Source: Candidatus Saccharimonadia bacterium (GTDB lineage: Bacteria > Patescibacteriota > Saccharimonadia > UBA4664). Taken from it: 64,000 nt of DNA. The translations under genes were made by a program, and so were the position numbers. The number at the start of each line of letters is the position of its first letter. Position 1 is the first letter of the stretch. The notes under the pieces are model-generated. The model was not told the DNA's origin and ran no database searches. It saw only the letters and a program-made list of their open reading frames with translations. The stretch lies in the NCBI GenBank assembly GCA_036488585.1, contig DASXHH010000005.1:7147-71146 (forward strand). Reading direction: 5' to 3'. This document shows positions 1-10,901 of the stretch, piece after piece.

Positions 1-1309
1 CGCCTGGCGCGTCACCTCAAGCTTGCTCAACTTGCTGGTGGTGGGCACAGTGCTTGGCAGCGTGCTCATTATCCTACTAGCCGATCCGCTTACCACCCTC
101 ATTACACCAGGCTTCGACGCCTACACTCACAGTCTCACCGTCGACCTCACTCGCATCATGGCCGTCACGCCAGTATTGTTCGCAGTCTCTAGCGTGCTTG
201 GCAGTGTCCAGCAGGCTTTCAACCGGTTCGTCATCTTCTCGTTGGCCGGCGTCATGTACAACATTGGCATTATTATCGGCATTGTTATGTTTTCGAATAC
301 GCTCGGTATTTATGGCGCCGCGTACGGCGTGCTCATCGGCGTCGTGCTCCAGGCTCTCTTGCAATGGCTCGGCCTCTACGGCCTTGGCTACAGATACCGC
401 CCCGAGATCGCCCTCCACCTCACGGGTGTCCGTCAGACCCTCAAACTCATGCTGCCGCGCAGCATCGATCAGGGCATCGACCAGATCAACTATTCGGTCG
501 AAACGATTATCGGCTCCACCATCTCCACCGGCGCCATTGGCCAGTTCGCGCTCGCCAACAACCTCAAAAACGTCCCGCTCGTGCTCATCGGCAGCTCCAT
601 CGCCACCGCCGTGTTCCCCAGGCTCGCCGCTCGTGCCGCTGCGGGCGCCCGCCAGGAGCTCGTGGAGGTGTACGTCAAAACCGCCAGACTCATCCTGTTC
701 TTGTCCATCCCCTCGGCGCTGTTCGCAGTGGTGGCGCGCGGCTACATTGTGCGACTACTCTACGGCTTCGGCGATCGCGCCACCGCTTCCACACTCGGCT
801 GGTTCGCGGGCACCATCATTTTTACGAGCCTGTTTATGCTCGTTTCTCGCGTCTATTATTCTATGCAAAACACCAAAACCCCGCTCAAGCTCAGCCTGGC
901 CAGCATACCACTCAACATTTTCCTCAGCTTCCTGCTCTCCCGTCATTACGGAGTGGTGGGTCTAGCAATGAGCGCGTCAATTGTGGCCATTCTCGAAACC
1001 ACCGCGCTGGCCGCGATTTTGCGCTGGCGCTACGGCCACTTCGGCCACCGCAACATCCTAGGGGCCACGCTGCCAGTGGGAGTGGCGGGCATCATTATGG
1101 CCTGCGCCACCTATTTGCTCATTAACCGATTTATTCCGCTCTACGCGTCAGATCGCGGTTTTATTACGCTCATGCCCAAATTCTTGGCTCTAGTACTCAC
1201 AGCTACCGTTACCTACATGGTGCCGTGCTATCTCATGCGCCTATCCGAGGCCCACATGATCCTCGGTCGCCTGCGCCTACTAATGCAAAAGTCGCTAAAC
1301 CTGACCTAG
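1..1309 (+). CDS. murJ: Lipid II flippase MurJ/MviN (5' end outside window)
   Basis: Multi-TM protein with MviN-type segments (SIATAVFPRLA, SRVYYSMQNTKTP); convergent with ddl. Confidence 0.9.
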   Translation, partial: AWRVTSSLLNLLVVGTVLGSVLIILLADPLTTLITPGFDAYTHSLTVDLTRIMAVTPVLFAVSSVLGSVQQAFNRFVIFSLAGVMYNIGIIIGIVMFSNTLGIYGAAYGVLIGVVLQALLQWLGLYGLGYRYRPEIALHLTGVRQTLKLMLPRSIDQGIDQINYSVETIIGSTISTGAIGQFALANNLKNVPLVLIGSSIATAVFPRLAARAAAGARQELVEVYVKTARLILFLSIPSALFAVVARGYIVRLLYGFGDRATASTLGWFAGTIIFTSLFMLVSRVYYSMQNTKTPLKLSLASIPLNIFLSFLLSRHYGVVGLAMSASIVAILETTALAAILRWRYGHFGHRNILGATLPVGVAGIIMACATYLLINRFIPLYASDRGFITLMPKFLALVLTATVTYMVPCYLMRLSEAHMILGRLRLLMQKSLNLT

Positions 1310-2197
1310 CGCCAATTTCAGCAGCCGGTCCACTAGCTGTTCAAAGCTCAGCCCCGCCGCTGCTGCCGCTTTTGGATAAAGGCTGGTATTGGTCATGCCG
1401 GGCAATGTGTTAATCTCCAGCACCACCGGTATGTTGTTTGGCCGCACAATCATGTCCGTCCGCGACAAGTGTCGCACGCCGGTCAGGTGGTGGACCTTCA
1501 GTGCCACCCGCCGGGCCTGCTCCTGGGCCTCCTCGCTCACATGCTGGGGTGGGCACAGCTCGGTCGTCTCACCGTTGTACTTGTTCTCGTAATCAAATTC
1601 TCCCCCCGCTGGAGGCACCACCTCGATAATTGGTAGTGTCTCGTTGCCTAAAATCGGGACCGTAATCTCCACACCTTCTACCAGCTCCTCCATGAGCATC
1701 TCGTGATGACGACCAAACACCTCTTCGATCCGCTGTTTGTTGTACGGCAGCTCGCGCACGATCACCAAATCCATGCTCGAGCCATCATCCAACGGTTTTA
1801 GCACAAATGGTCGCTCACTCAACGGCGACCTGTCCAACAGGTCGCGCGTTACCACTGAAAATTCGGGGGTCGGCAGCCCGTTCTCGAGTAACAGCTCTTT
1901 AACAACCACTTTGTTCATGCAACGCTGTGACGCCTCCACATCGGCTCCCAGGTATGGCTTGCCGGTGCGCTCCAAAAGTGCCTGGATCTCGCCGTCCTCG
2001 CCTCCCGGCCCGTGCAAAATTGGCAGCACCACGTCTGCGTCCTGTGCTGCCGCCAGCACCGCCGCGTCGCCCTCGGCGGGGTCCACGTACACGACGTCGT
2101 GGTTCAAAGCCTCGAGTGCAGCGCGCACCGCGGCCGACGATTTTAGCGACACGTCGCGTTCTGGTGATGTCCCTCCTCCAAGTACTAGAACTTTCAT
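1295..2197 (-). CDS. ddl: D-alanine--D-alanine ligase
   Basis: GGTSPERDVS, LHGPGGEDG, FDYENKY and LEINTLPGMT motifs. Confidence 0.95.
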   Translation of the reverse strand: MKVLVLGGGTSPERDVSLKSSAAVRAALEALNHDVVYVDPAEGDAAVLAAAQDADVVLPILHGPGGEDGEIQALLERTGKPYLGADVEASQRCMNKVVVKELLLENGLPTPEFSVVTRDLLDRSPLSERPFVLKPLDDGSSMDLVIVRELPYNKQRIEEVFGRHHEMLMEELVEGVEITVPILGNETLPIIEVVPPAGGEFDYENKYNGETTELCPPQHVSEEAQEQARRVALKVHHLTGVRHLSRTDMIVRPNNIPVVLEINTLPGMTNTSLYPKAAAAAGLSFEQLVDRLLKLALGQV

Positions 2198-2397
2198 AAA
2201 GCCATTATATCAAAATTGTTCCATAAAACTGCCAGACCAGATTGACAACCAAGCGTAACCGGAGTATATTTCTGAGCTAGCACTATCTTGAGAGGCCCCC
2301 AGAAAGACCCCCCTTCCGAGGCCTCAACAGTAAGACTTCCCAGGACAGTCGTCCCCTCACAAACCAACACCGACCACTCCCACTAGGAGGAGTTGCC

Positions 2398-2850
2398 ATG
2401 GTTGCCATACTCCCGCGCCGCCGTGTCCGGCCAGCGATTGTTATTCCACCCCAGCCCGATGTGGCTGCGGTGGCAGTATTCCCCGTACTCGGCACCGGTA
2501 TTTATCTGGTCCCGCATGGCCCGCTGCTGGGCCCGGCCGTCTGGAGTGTGTTCTCGATTCTCGTTTCACCTCGGGAGTACGCCGATGCAGAAATGCGTCA
2601 CCTTGGTATTGCCAACCCACAGCTCACTCAGGGTACCCCCGGCCCAACGCTGGTGAGCTATGGAGACAGGTTGCTTGCTGTGACGGCTTTTTTCACTCCG
2701 GCCCGCCAGCTCCTGGAGTCAGTCGAGTTGCCTGGTCACCGCCGCGTTGGCGAATACGACCTTCAGCTTCTGCTGCAGTCCGGTGCGCTTATGCCCGAGA
2801 CGGCCGGACTTCTGCCAGCGATCAAGAACTGGTCCAGAGCCAAGGCATGA
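2398..2850 (+). CDS. Orphan hypothetical protein (150 aa)
   Basis: Strong SD (GGAGGAG) before ATG; upstream TTGACA..TATATT promoter (~2242-2270); followed by a GC hairpin and T tract. Confidence 0.55.
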   Translation: MVAILPRRRVRPAIVIPPQPDVAAVAVFPVLGTGIYLVPHGPLLGPAVWSVFSILVSPREYADAEMRHLGIANPQLTQGTPGPTLVSYGDRLLAVTAFFTPARQLLESVELPGHRRVGEYDLQLLLQSGALMPETAGLLPAIKNWSRAKA

Positions 2851-2856
2851 GGGGAG

Positions 2857-2908
2857 CCCCCGGGCCCCGTATTGGACATTGTTCCATACGGGGACCCGGG
2901 GTCTTTTA
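2857..2908 (+). terminator. Intrinsic terminator-like hairpin
   Basis: CCCCGGG-CCCCGTAT...ATACGGGG-CCCGGGG inverted repeat followed by TCTTTT. Confidence 0.6.
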
Positions 2909-2956
2909 TGTTTAGGGTTTTTTATTTCGCCACCTTTCGAGGTATAATCAAGTACC

Positions 2957-4741
2957 GTGAATCAATCCCGTATCCGAAATTTCTGCATTATTGCGCACAT
3001 CGACCATGGCAAATCCACCTTGGCCGACCGCATGCTCGAGCTCACCGGTACGGTCGAGCGGCGCAACATGCAAGCGCAACTGCTCGATAGCATGGATCTC
3101 GAGCGCGAGAAGGGGATTACGATTAAACTCCAGCCGGTTCGCATGCAATGGCGCGACCACACCTTGAACCTCATCGACACACCCGGCCACGTCGACTTCA
3201 GCTACGAGGTCTCGCGCTCTCTAGCCGCCTGCGAAGGCGCCGTGCTGGTGGTGGACGCGTCTCAAGGCATCCAGGCTCAGACCCTGGCCAACGTCTATCT
3301 CGCCATCGAGGCCGGCCTCGAAATTATTCCCGTACTCAACAAAATCGACCTGCCAGCCGCCGACCCCGAGCGTGTGGCCACCGAAATCTCCAGCCTGCTC
3401 GGCTGCGATCCCACCACCATCCTCCAAGTCTCTGGCAAAACCGGTGCAGGCGTAGAGCGCCTGCTCGATGAAATTGTGGATCTCGTACCCGCCCCCAGAG
3501 GTAACCCTGACGCACCTCTGCGCGGCCTCATCTTCGACTCCATATATGATACCCACAGGGGCGTCATCTTGTTCTTGCGCGTGGCGGACGGCATCTTGCG
3601 CAAATCCGACCACCTCAAGCTCATGGCAACCCGGGCCGAGGGCGCGGCCGTGGAGACTGGCGTGTTCCTACCCAAACAAACCCCAGCCTCCGAACTCGCC
3701 ACCGGCCAGATCGGCTATGTAGTCACCAACCTCAAATCTATATCCGAGGCCCGTGTCGGCGATACGGTTACGCTCGGCGGCCAGCCCGCCACCGAGCCGC
3801 TAGCTGGCTACCAGAAGGTGAAGCCATTCGTCTTTGCTGGCTTCTTCCCCAGCTCCGGCGAGCAGTACCCCGACCTCAAAGATGCCCTCGAAAAACTCAA
3901 GCTCAATGACGCCGCCCTCGTTTACGAACCCGAATCCTCTCAGGTGCTCGGCTTCGGCTACCGCGTGGGCTTTCTCGGCCTGCTCCACCTCGAAATCATC
4001 AAAGAGCGCCTCGAGCGCGAGTACGGCCTCGATCTGGTGGTCACCAGCCCCTCCACTGACTACATCGTAGCCGAAACAGACGGCACCGAGCATACCATTC
4101 GCGCCGCCGCCGAGCTCCCAGACCCCTCCCATATCGACCACATCCGCGAGCCCTGGATCCGCGGCGAGATTGTGGTGCCTGGCACCTACGTCGGCGGCGT
4201 CATCCAGCTCATCAACCGCATCCGCGGCCAGCACAAAAATCTCAGCTATCTCGACGAGCAGCTGGCCCTCGTCAATTTCGAGGCCCCACTGGCCAACGTC
4301 CTCACCGACTTCTATGACTCGCTCAAATCTATCACCTCCGGCTATGGCAGCTTCAACTACGACTTAGCTGATTACCGCGTCGAAAGCCTAGTCCGACTCG
4401 ACATCTTGGTGGGCGGCGAACTCATCGATTCGCTTAGCATGATCACCCATAAAGACGAGGCCTATCGCACCGGCAAAGAGATCGTCGAGAAGCTCAAAGA
4501 AATAATTCCCAAGCAATCCTTTGAAGTTTCGCTTCAGGCGGCCATCGGCGGTAAAATTATCGCCCGTGAAGACATTAAGGCCCTGCGCAAAGATGTTATC
4601 GCTAAACTCTACGGCGGCGACGTTACCCGCAAAAACAAACTGCTCGACAAGCAAAAGAAGGGCAAAAAGAAGATGAAGCGCATCGGCAAGGTCGACATCC
4701 CCGCCGAGGCCTTTATGGTGCTGGTGCGCAAAGACGCCTAG
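2957..4741 (+). CDS. lepA: Translation elongation factor 4 (LepA)
   Basis: IRNFCIIAHIDHGKSTLADR, DTPGHVDF and YGGDVTRKNKLL motifs. Confidence 0.98.
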   Translation: MNQSRIRNFCIIAHIDHGKSTLADRMLELTGTVERRNMQAQLLDSMDLEREKGITIKLQPVRMQWRDHTLNLIDTPGHVDFSYEVSRSLAACEGAVLVVDASQGIQAQTLANVYLAIEAGLEIIPVLNKIDLPAADPERVATEISSLLGCDPTTILQVSGKTGAGVERLLDEIVDLVPAPRGNPDAPLRGLIFDSIYDTHRGVILFLRVADGILRKSDHLKLMATRAEGAAVETGVFLPKQTPASELATGQIGYVVTNLKSISEARVGDTVTLGGQPATEPLAGYQKVKPFVFAGFFPSSGEQYPDLKDALEKLKLNDAALVYEPESSQVLGFGYRVGFLGLLHLEIIKERLEREYGLDLVVTSPSTDYIVAETDGTEHTIRAAAELPDPSHIDHIREPWIRGEIVVPGTYVGGVIQLINRIRGQHKNLSYLDEQLALVNFEAPLANVLTDFYDSLKSITSGYGSFNYDLADYRVESLVRLDILVGGELIDSLSMITHKDEAYRTGKEIVEKLKEIIPKQSFEVSLQAAIGGKIIAREDIKALRKDVIAKLYGGDVTRKNKLLDKQKKGKKKMKRIGKVDIPAEAFMVLVRKDA

Positions 4742-4768
4742 CCGTCGGCCAATCCGGCCAACTGCTAG

Positions 4769-5173
4769 CTAATTCCCGTAGCCGTGCACCGGGTCACGCA
4801 TTAGTAGCCAGGCCAGCGCCTCCTCACGGGTGCCAAACACCTTGGTGCGATCCGCCTTTCCGAGAGCCGCGATCACCGTCTTTGTAACCTCGCCGAGCAC
4901 CGCGTTGGTGCCAAACATCGCAATCCGATCATACTCAATCTCTTCCAGCGCCCGCATCACTGCTTTGTTGGTGCCGGTGCTAAAACCCTGGTCTTGCGAA
5001 AAGTCGACCAGACCCAGTATCGGCTTTCGCTGCATTCTTATCTGATCCGTTAGCTCCTTGCACTGTTTTGCGACCTCATCCATGCTCAGGAAGTCCTGTT
5101 TGCCCACCAGTTTAACCAGTATGTAGCCCTGAGGCTGGAGCGAGACCGAATTTGCAGAGTTAGTGTGTTCCAT
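4769..5173 (-). CDS. STAS/SEC14 (SpoIIAA-like) domain protein
   Basis: RIAMFG...KVFGTREEALAWL C-terminal signature; start uncertain (5173 or 5191). Confidence 0.65.
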   Translation of the reverse strand: MEHTNSANSVSLQPQGYILVKLVGKQDFLSMDEVAKQCKELTDQIRMQRKPILGLVDFSQDQGFSTGTNKAVMRALEEIEYDRIAMFGTNAVLGEVTKTVIAALGKADRTKVFGTREEALAWLLMRDPVHGYGN

Positions 5174-5262
5174 AAGCAGAATATACACCACTCAGATTTC
5201 GGCGACGAGACGAAGATTACCATAAGTGGTATAAATGAGAGGATCCTAAGGAAGTTTTTTCT

Positions 5263-5727
5263 ATGCCTGAAGACTCTCAATCACAGCAACCGGCTACTCC
5301 GGCGCCCGAAACCCCCGCCCCCGCGCCCTCTCCGGTCACACCTCCGGCTGCTACTCCAGTACCACCCACCACGCCGGCCGAACCAGAGATGCCCAAGCCC
5401 TCGCCCACAGTTGAGCCGTTCCAATCGGCCGGCGGCCCGCCCCCGCAGGCATCTGAACCGAAGCGCGGCCACAAAGGCCTAATAATCGGGTTGGGGATCG
5501 TCGTCGTGCTGATTCTGGCCGCAGTCGCCTACTACGCAGTTTCGTCCGGCGTGCTCAAGCTCGGTAGCACCACCAAACCCTCGCCCACGCCTTCGTCCAC
5601 CCCAGCCGCCGCCGACAACCTCGACTCCGATTATCAGCAGCTCGACTCCAGCGTCGGCCAGCTCACCAACGATCTCAACGACGCCGACACCGCGCTCGGC
5701 GATAAGCAGGGAGACCTTTCGGAATGA
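5263..5727 (+). CDS. Pro-rich single-pass membrane protein
   Basis: Pro/Thr-rich N-terminus, one TM helix, acidic C-terminal helix; ATGA overlap with the next gene. Confidence 0.7.
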   Translation: MPEDSQSQQPATPAPETPAPAPSPVTPPAATPVPPTTPAEPEMPKPSPTVEPFQSAGGPPPQASEPKRGHKGLIIGLGIVVVLILAAVAYYAVSSGVLKLGSTTKPSPTPSSTPAAADNLDSDYQQLDSSVGQLTNDLNDADTALGDKQGDLSE

Positions 5728-6482
5728 GTTCTAGCATTCTCACCAGGACTACTTTGGCCGCCCTGCTGTTTGCAGCCATTCCGTTGAGCAGCGTTAACGC
5801 GGTGGCCTCTACGCCACTCGTGGCCAGCCCCCTCACCACTGCCCAAGCCACTCATTTGGACAACCTCAAGAGCCACGGCACCGCCGAAATCGACCGCCGC
5901 ATTTCCAACCTCAATGCCGCGCTGCTCAAGCTTAATGCTACGACCAAGCTCACGGCCGCAGACAAGACCGCACTCACCAATACTATTAACGCCGAAATCT
6001 CCGGCCTTAATACCCTCAAGGCCAAGCTTACCGCCGACACCGATCTCGCCACCGCCCGCACCGACGTGCAAAGCATCGTCAGCGATTACCGCGTGTACGT
6101 ACTGCTGCTCCCCAAGACCCGACTGGTCGCCTCGGCCGATCGGTTTACTGCTGTCGAGAACCAACTCACCCAGCTCTCAGTCAAGCTCCAAACCAAGGTC
6201 GATGCCGCCAAGACCGCCGGCAAGGACGTTACCACCATGCAGGTCAGCCTAACTGACCTCAAGAATAAGCTGGCCGACGCCCAGGAAAAATCCACCAGTG
6301 TCATCGCCCCGCTGCTGGCCCTCCAGCCCACCGATTACAACCAAAATCATGCCGTCTTGGTGAACTATCGCAACTCGCTCATGGCCGCCCACGACGGGGT
6401 TATGGCCGCGCGTGACGACGCCAAGTCGGTTATTCAAGCTCTCAAGGGTACAGCTTCGCCTTCGGCCAGCCCCAAGAGTTAG
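5724..6482 (+). CDS. Secreted coiled-coil/helical-bundle hypothetical protein
   Basis: Signal peptide, heptad-like Ala/Leu/Lys pattern, host-like codon usage. Confidence 0.75.
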   Translation: MSSSILTRTTLAALLFAAIPLSSVNAVASTPLVASPLTTAQATHLDNLKSHGTAEIDRRISNLNAALLKLNATTKLTAADKTALTNTINAEISGLNTLKAKLTADTDLATARTDVQSIVSDYRVYVLLLPKTRLVASADRFTAVENQLTQLSVKLQTKVDAAKTAGKDVTTMQVSLTDLKNKLADAQEKSTSVIAPLLALQPTDYNQNHAVLVNYRNSLMAAHDGVMAARDDAKSVIQALKGTASPSASPKS

Positions 6483-6496
6483 CCGTAGGTAAGCTC

Positions 6497-6523
6497 CTAG
6501 CACTCTTGACTGTGGAGTGCCAA
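6497..6523 (+). promoter_or_regulatory. CIRCE operator overlapping the hrcA promoter
   Basis: CTAGCACTC-N9-GAGTGCCAA; -35 TTGACT 6506-6511, -10 TACAAT 6530-6535. Confidence 0.9.
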
Positions 6524-6562
6524 AACCCGTACAATAACCCTGACTTAACCTGTGGAGCTGGC

Positions 6563-7252
6563 ATGACCCCGCGTCAGGAACAGATCTTGCATGCCATCGT
6601 GGAGACCTACGCCCAGACCGCCGAGCCGGTCGGTTCCTCCGCGCTCTGCAGCCGCTTCGAGACCTCCAGCGCTACCATCCGCGCCGAAATGGCCGCCCTC
6701 GAGAACCTCGGCTACATCATGCAGCCGCACATCTCGGCCGGTCGCGTGCCGACAGACAAAGGCTACCGTGCCTATGTCAACGCGCTCACGCCCGAGCATG
6801 ACCGTCGTCACGAGCAGGCACTGGCCAAGCGCATCAAATCAGCCGGTGTGGTTGAGCGCGCCATTAAAAGTGCCGTCGAGTCGCTCGCTCATGTCACCTC
6901 TAACCTTGGCCTCGGTACCATTGGCCCCAACCTCTATCTCTCCGGCATGGCCAGCCTCTTCCAGCAACCCGAATTCTACGGCGGGGCCCGCGCCTACGAA
7001 GTGGCCCGCCTCCTTGACAGCCTCGAAGAATGGCTGTCCGAAGCTGCCCCCAATGCCCCCATCTCGGTCTACATCGGCCGCGAAAATCCCATCGGCCGCA
7101 CCTCCGGCGCCACCCTCATCATTAGCCGCTTCGAGTCGCCGTTTAGTTCGCGCAGTTACATTGGCGTGCTCGGCCCCACCCGTCAGAATTATTCAAGCGT
7201 AATTGGCCTCGTCCAGTACACCGGCCGCCTTCTCGAAGAGGCCCTCAATTAG
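6563..7252 (+). CDS. hrcA: Heat-inducible transcription repressor HrcA (short form)
   Basis: MTPRQEQIL..EPVGS..SSATIR..PHISAGRVPTDKGYR and IGVLGPTRQNY; CIRCE upstream. Confidence 0.92.
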   Translation: MTPRQEQILHAIVETYAQTAEPVGSSALCSRFETSSATIRAEMAALENLGYIMQPHISAGRVPTDKGYRAYVNALTPEHDRRHEQALAKRIKSAGVVERAIKSAVESLAHVTSNLGLGTIGPNLYLSGMASLFQQPEFYGGARAYEVARLLDSLEEWLSEAAPNAPISVYIGRENPIGRTSGATLIISRFESPFSSRSYIGVLGPTRQNYSSVIGLVQYTGRLLEEALN

Positions 7253-7260
7253 GAGAATTT

Positions 7261-7806
7261 ATGAGCAAACACGACCACCAACAAGAGCACAAGCACGAAG
7301 AGTCCCACCAGCAATCTCACAACGAGGTCCACGTTGAGACCCATACCGAATCGCACGTCTCATCCGGCGCCGACGTCCAGGACCGTCTGTCTGAGCTCAC
7401 CGACGACCTCAAGCGCGTTCAGGCCGAATTCGTTAACTACCGCCGCCGCGCTGAGTCCGAAAAAGCCGATCTCACCGAATATGCCAAAACTCGAGTGGTC
7501 CGCGACTTCCTAACCGTCCGCGACTCCTTCGACCACGAGCTGGCCCACCGCCCGACAGGCGCCGACCCCGCCTGGGCCAAGTCCATCGACGCCATCCGCA
7601 CTCAGTTCGATCAGGTCTTGTCGCAGCTCGGCGTCGAGCGCTTCGAGTCCAAGGGTCAACCCTTCGATCCGCACCTCCACAACGCCGTCGCCATGGAAGA
7701 CGGCGAAGGGGACCAGGAGGTGGTGGTCGAAGAACTTCAGCCCGGCTACAAACTCGCTGGCACCGTCCTCCGACACGCCATCGTCAAAGTCGGCCACGTC
7801 GAATGA
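7261..7806 (+). CDS. grpE: Nucleotide exchange factor GrpE
   Basis: AEFVNYRRR, FDPHLHNAV and QPGYKL..LRHAIVKV; His-rich N-terminus. Confidence 0.95.
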   Translation: MSKHDHQQEHKHEESHQQSHNEVHVETHTESHVSSGADVQDRLSELTDDLKRVQAEFVNYRRRAESEKADLTEYAKTRVVRDFLTVRDSFDHELAHRPTGADPAWAKSIDAIRTQFDQVLSQLGVERFESKGQPFDPHLHNAVAMEDGEGDQEVVVEELQPGYKLAGTVLRHAIVKVGHVE

Positions 7807-8399
7807 TCAAAGCCGTCGTCCTCGATTGGGGCGGCGTAATGTGTCCGGGCGGCTCGCCCCATTCGTTTCGCGAGCTCTTGGCCACTAGCCTTGGTGTTGA
7901 TGATGACTACGCCCGGTCTCTTCTCCATCTTGGGGTTGTTGATCTGCTATTAGGTGAAGTTACCGAAGATGAATATTGGCACCGCCTTGAGCAGGTCCAT
8001 GGCAAAACCATCCCTGAAACTCAGCGAAATGCCTGGCTCACCTGGGATGACCTTAAGCCTAACCCCCACATGGTCCAGTTGATCTCAGACCTCAAAGCCC
8101 GCGGCCTCAAACTTGGTCTCCTATCCAACGCCGTTCCCAACACGCGGGATATCATGCTTCAGCATCACTCGGATGATGGCTTCGATGCGGTTGTTATCTC
8201 CTGCGACGATCATTGCGCCAAGCCCGACGAGCGAGCCTACCTCCTCATCTCCCAAAAACTCGGCGTTGAACCGTCCGAGTGCGTCTACATCGACGATCAG
8301 CAGCGTATGCTGGACCCGGCCTCAAAACTCGGTATGCGCATCATTCTGGCCAAAAATCCCGCGCAAACTATCGAGGATATAAATAAGCAGCTTTCGTAG
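7803..8399 (+). CDS. HAD-family phosphatase
   Basis: DWGGV, LSN, KPD and YIDD motifs. Confidence 0.85.
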   Translation: MIKAVVLDWGGVMCPGGSPHSFRELLATSLGVDDDYARSLLHLGVVDLLLGEVTEDEYWHRLEQVHGKTIPETQRNAWLTWDDLKPNPHMVQLISDLKARGLKLGLLSNAVPNTRDIMLQHHSDDGFDAVVISCDDHCAKPDERAYLLISQKLGVEPSECVYIDDQQRMLDPASKLGMRIILAKNPAQTIEDINKQLS

Positions 8400-8426
8400 T
8401 TGGCACTCTTGACGACCGAGTGCCAA
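8400..8426 (+). promoter_or_regulatory. CIRCE operator 1 of the dnaK promoter
   Basis: TTGGCACTC-N9-GAGTGCCAA; -35 TTGACG 8409-8414, -10 TACAAT 8432-8437. Confidence 0.9.
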
Positions 8427-8446
8427 ATTCTTACAATTATACGCAG

Positions 8447-8473
8447 TTAGCACCCCCCAAATTCGAGTGCTAA
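8447..8473 (+). promoter_or_regulatory. CIRCE operator 2 of the dnaK promoter
   Basis: TTAGCACCC-N9-GAGTGCTAA. Confidence 0.85.
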
Positions 8474-8525
8474 AATAGGTGGCAAACGCACCTGTTTCAA
8501 CCAGTTAATCGGAGACTTTTCGCAA

Positions 8526-10433
8526 ATGGGTAAAATTATCGGAATCGACCTCGGTACCACTAACTCGGCTATGGCCGTCATGGAAGGTGGCCAGCCGACT
8601 ATCATCGCTAACGCCGAGGGTGGCCGCACCACCCCGTCTATCGTGGCCGTCTCAAAATCCGGCGAGCGCCTAGTGGGCCAGGTAGCCAAGCGCCAGGCTG
8701 TCATTAATCCCGACAACACCATCTTCGAGGTCAAGCGCCTCATCGGCCGCAAATTCGACGACCCTGAGGTTCAGCGCGACGAGAAGCACATGCCTTACCA
8801 GATCGTGAAAGCCAACGGTGGCGTGAAGGTAAAGATGGGCGACAAGGAGTACACCCCCGAAGAAGTCTCAGCCATGATCCTCTCCAAACTTAAGGCCGAT
8901 GCTGAAGCCTTCCTGGGTACCACCGTCACCGAAGCCGTCATCACTGTGCCGGCCTACTTCAACGACTCGCAGCGCCAGGCCACTAAAGACGCCGGCAAGA
9001 TCGCCGGCCTCGAGGTGAAGCGCATCATCAACGAACCCACCGCCGCCGCTCTCGCCTACGGTCTCGATAAAAAGAAGGAAGAAAAGATCGTGGTCTTCGA
9101 CCTCGGTGGCGGCACCTTCGACGTCTCCATCCTGGAGCTCGGCGACGGCGTGTTCGAAGTAAAGTCCACCAACGGTGACACCCACCTCGGCGGCGCCGAC
9201 TTCGACCAACAGATCATGGAGCACTTGGTGGCCGAGTTTAAAAAGCAGGAGGGGATTGACCTCACCAAAGACAAGGCCGCCGTGCAGCGTCTGAAGGAGG
9301 CTGCCGAGAAGGCCAAGATTGAGCTCTCCTCCACCAACGAATCCGAGATCAACCTGCCGTTCATCACCGCTGATGCATCCGGCCCCAAGCACTTCACCTA
9401 CACCCTCACTCGCGCCAAGCTCGAGTCGCTGGTGGCTAACCTCGTCGACCGCACCGCCGGCCCCTGCAAGGCCGCTCTGGCAGACGCCGGCCTCTCCGCC
9501 TCTGCCATCGACGAGGTCATTCTGGTTGGCGGTATGACCCGCATGCCGGCCGTTCAGAAGAAGGTTGAGGAAATTTTCGGTAAGAAGCCGCTCCAGGGCG
9601 TTAACCCCGACGAGGTGGTGGCCGTGGGCGCCGCCGTTCAGGGTGGCGTGCTCGCGGGCGACGTCAAGGACGTGCTGCTCTTGGACGTCACGCCTCTCTC
9701 GCTCGGCCTCGAGACCATGGGTGGCGTCATGACCCGCCTCATCGAGCGCAATACCACCATCCCCACCTCCAAATCCCAGGTTTTCTCCACAGCCGCCGAT
9801 TCTCAGACCCAGGTGGAAATCAACGTCCTGCAAGGCGAGCGCGAGTTTGCCCAGGACAACAAATCGCTCGGCCGCTTCATACTCGACGGCATTCCGCCCG
9901 CTCCCCGCGGCATTCCGCAAATCGAGGTTACGTTCAACATCGATGCCAACGGTATCGTCCACGTAAAAGCCTCCGACAAAGGCACCGGCAAGGAGCAGCA
10001 CATCACCATCCAGGGCTCCGGCAACCTGTCCGAAGATGAGGTGAAGCGCATGCAGCAGGAGGCCGAAGCTAACGCCGAAGCCGACAAGAAGCGCAAAGAG
10101 TTAGTGGAGGCTCGCAACCACCTCGACAGCCTGGTTTACACCGGCGAGAAGACCCTCAAAGATGCCGGCGACAAGGCCTCGTCCGAAGACAAATCCGCAC
10201 TCGAAGAGGCCATTAAGTCGGCCAAGGCCCAGCTCGAATCCGACGACAAGGACCTGCTCGAATCCGAGGCCAGCAAGCTGTCCGAGGCCATGCAAAAGGT
10301 TGGCGCCGCCATGTACCAGGGCGCGCCCGGCACCACCGGCGCCCCTGAAGAGGTCGAGGCCACCGAGGACGAAGGTAAAACTGGCGATGGCCCCGTCGAG
10401 GGCGAAGTCGTCGACGACAAGGACAACAAATAA
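8526..10433 (+). CDS. dnaK: Chaperone DnaK (Hsp70)
   Basis: [17 protein letters not shown] and VNPDEVVA motifs. Confidence 0.99.
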   Translation: MGKIIGIDLGTTNSAMAVMEGGQPTIIANAEGGRTTPSIVAVSKSGERLVGQVAKRQAVINPDNTIFEVKRLIGRKFDDPEVQRDEKHMPYQIVKANGGVKVKMGDKEYTPEEVSAMILSKLKADAEAFLGTTVTEAVITVPAYFNDSQRQATKDAGKIAGLEVKRIINEPTAAALAYGLDKKKEEKIVVFDLGGGTFDVSILELGDGVFEVKSTNGDTHLGGADFDQQIMEHLVAEFKKQEGIDLTKDKAAVQRLKEAAEKAKIELSSTNESEINLPFITADASGPKHFTYTLTRAKLESLVANLVDRTAGPCKAALADAGLSASAIDEVILVGGMTRMPAVQKKVEEIFGKKPLQGVNPDEVVAVGAAVQGGVLAGDVKDVLLLDVTPLSLGLETMGGVMTRLIERNTTIPTSKSQVFSTAADSQTQVEINVLQGEREFAQDNKSLGRFILDGIPPAPRGIPQIEVTFNIDANGIVHVKASDKGTGKEQHITIQGSGNLSEDEVKRMQQEAEANAEADKKRKELVEARNHLDSLVYTGEKTLKDAGDKASSEDKSALEEAIKSAKAQLESDDKDLLESEASKLSEAMQKVGAAMYQGAPGTTGAPEEVEATEDEGKTGDGPVEGEVVDDKDNK

Positions 10434-10436
10434 TAA

Positions 10437-10898
10437 ATGGACCCAATCGCCGTGACTGACATCATCATCCGGCAGCCTACATTACGGGAGCTCGAGGCGG
10501 TCAGTCGGTTACGTCACGAAGCGCTTGATGAGGATAAATCCATCCCGCCCAAAGGTCCGACCGATACGGATAAATTAAGCAGCACAATTCATATGGCCGC
10601 ATTCGCTGGCGATGCCATAATATGCACCGTGCGACTCAACCCCATCGACGACGACCCGAACGTATACCTCGTCCGACGTATGGCCACCAAATCCGATTAT
10701 CGCAACCAAGGCGTCGGTGCCCGGGTACTACGGGCGGCGGAGGCAGAAGCGGTCAAGCGAGGGGCTAAGGCTTTCGTCCTCGACGCACGACTCGAGGCAC
10801 GCAACTTTTACGCCCGCTCCGGCTACTGGCCCACCGGACAGCACCCGGAACACGACGGTGACGTGAATATTTCGATGGCTAAACAGGTTAAGCTTTAA
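10437..10898 (+). CDS. GNAT N-acetyltransferase
   Basis: YRNQGVG acetyl-CoA motif and ARNFYARSGY. Confidence 0.85.
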   Translation: MDPIAVTDIIIRQPTLRELEAVSRLRHEALDEDKSIPPKGPTDTDKLSSTIHMAAFAGDAIICTVRLNPIDDDPNVYLVRRMATKSDYRNQGVGARVLRAAEAEAVKRGAKAFVLDARLEARNFYARSGYWPTGQHPEHDGDVNISMAKQVKL

Positions 10899-10901
10899 CC
10901 C

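Noticed and set aside
2283-2326. CTATCTTGAG(A)GGCCC hairpin resembling 47887-47925
   Set aside because: Short match; the second copy lies within an apparent coding remnant, so coincidence is likely.
8868-10001. 377-aa antisense ORF over dnaK, and many other overlapping ORFs in the track
   Set aside because: Shadow frames expected from GC-rich codon bias; the sense-strand genes carry clear family motifs.
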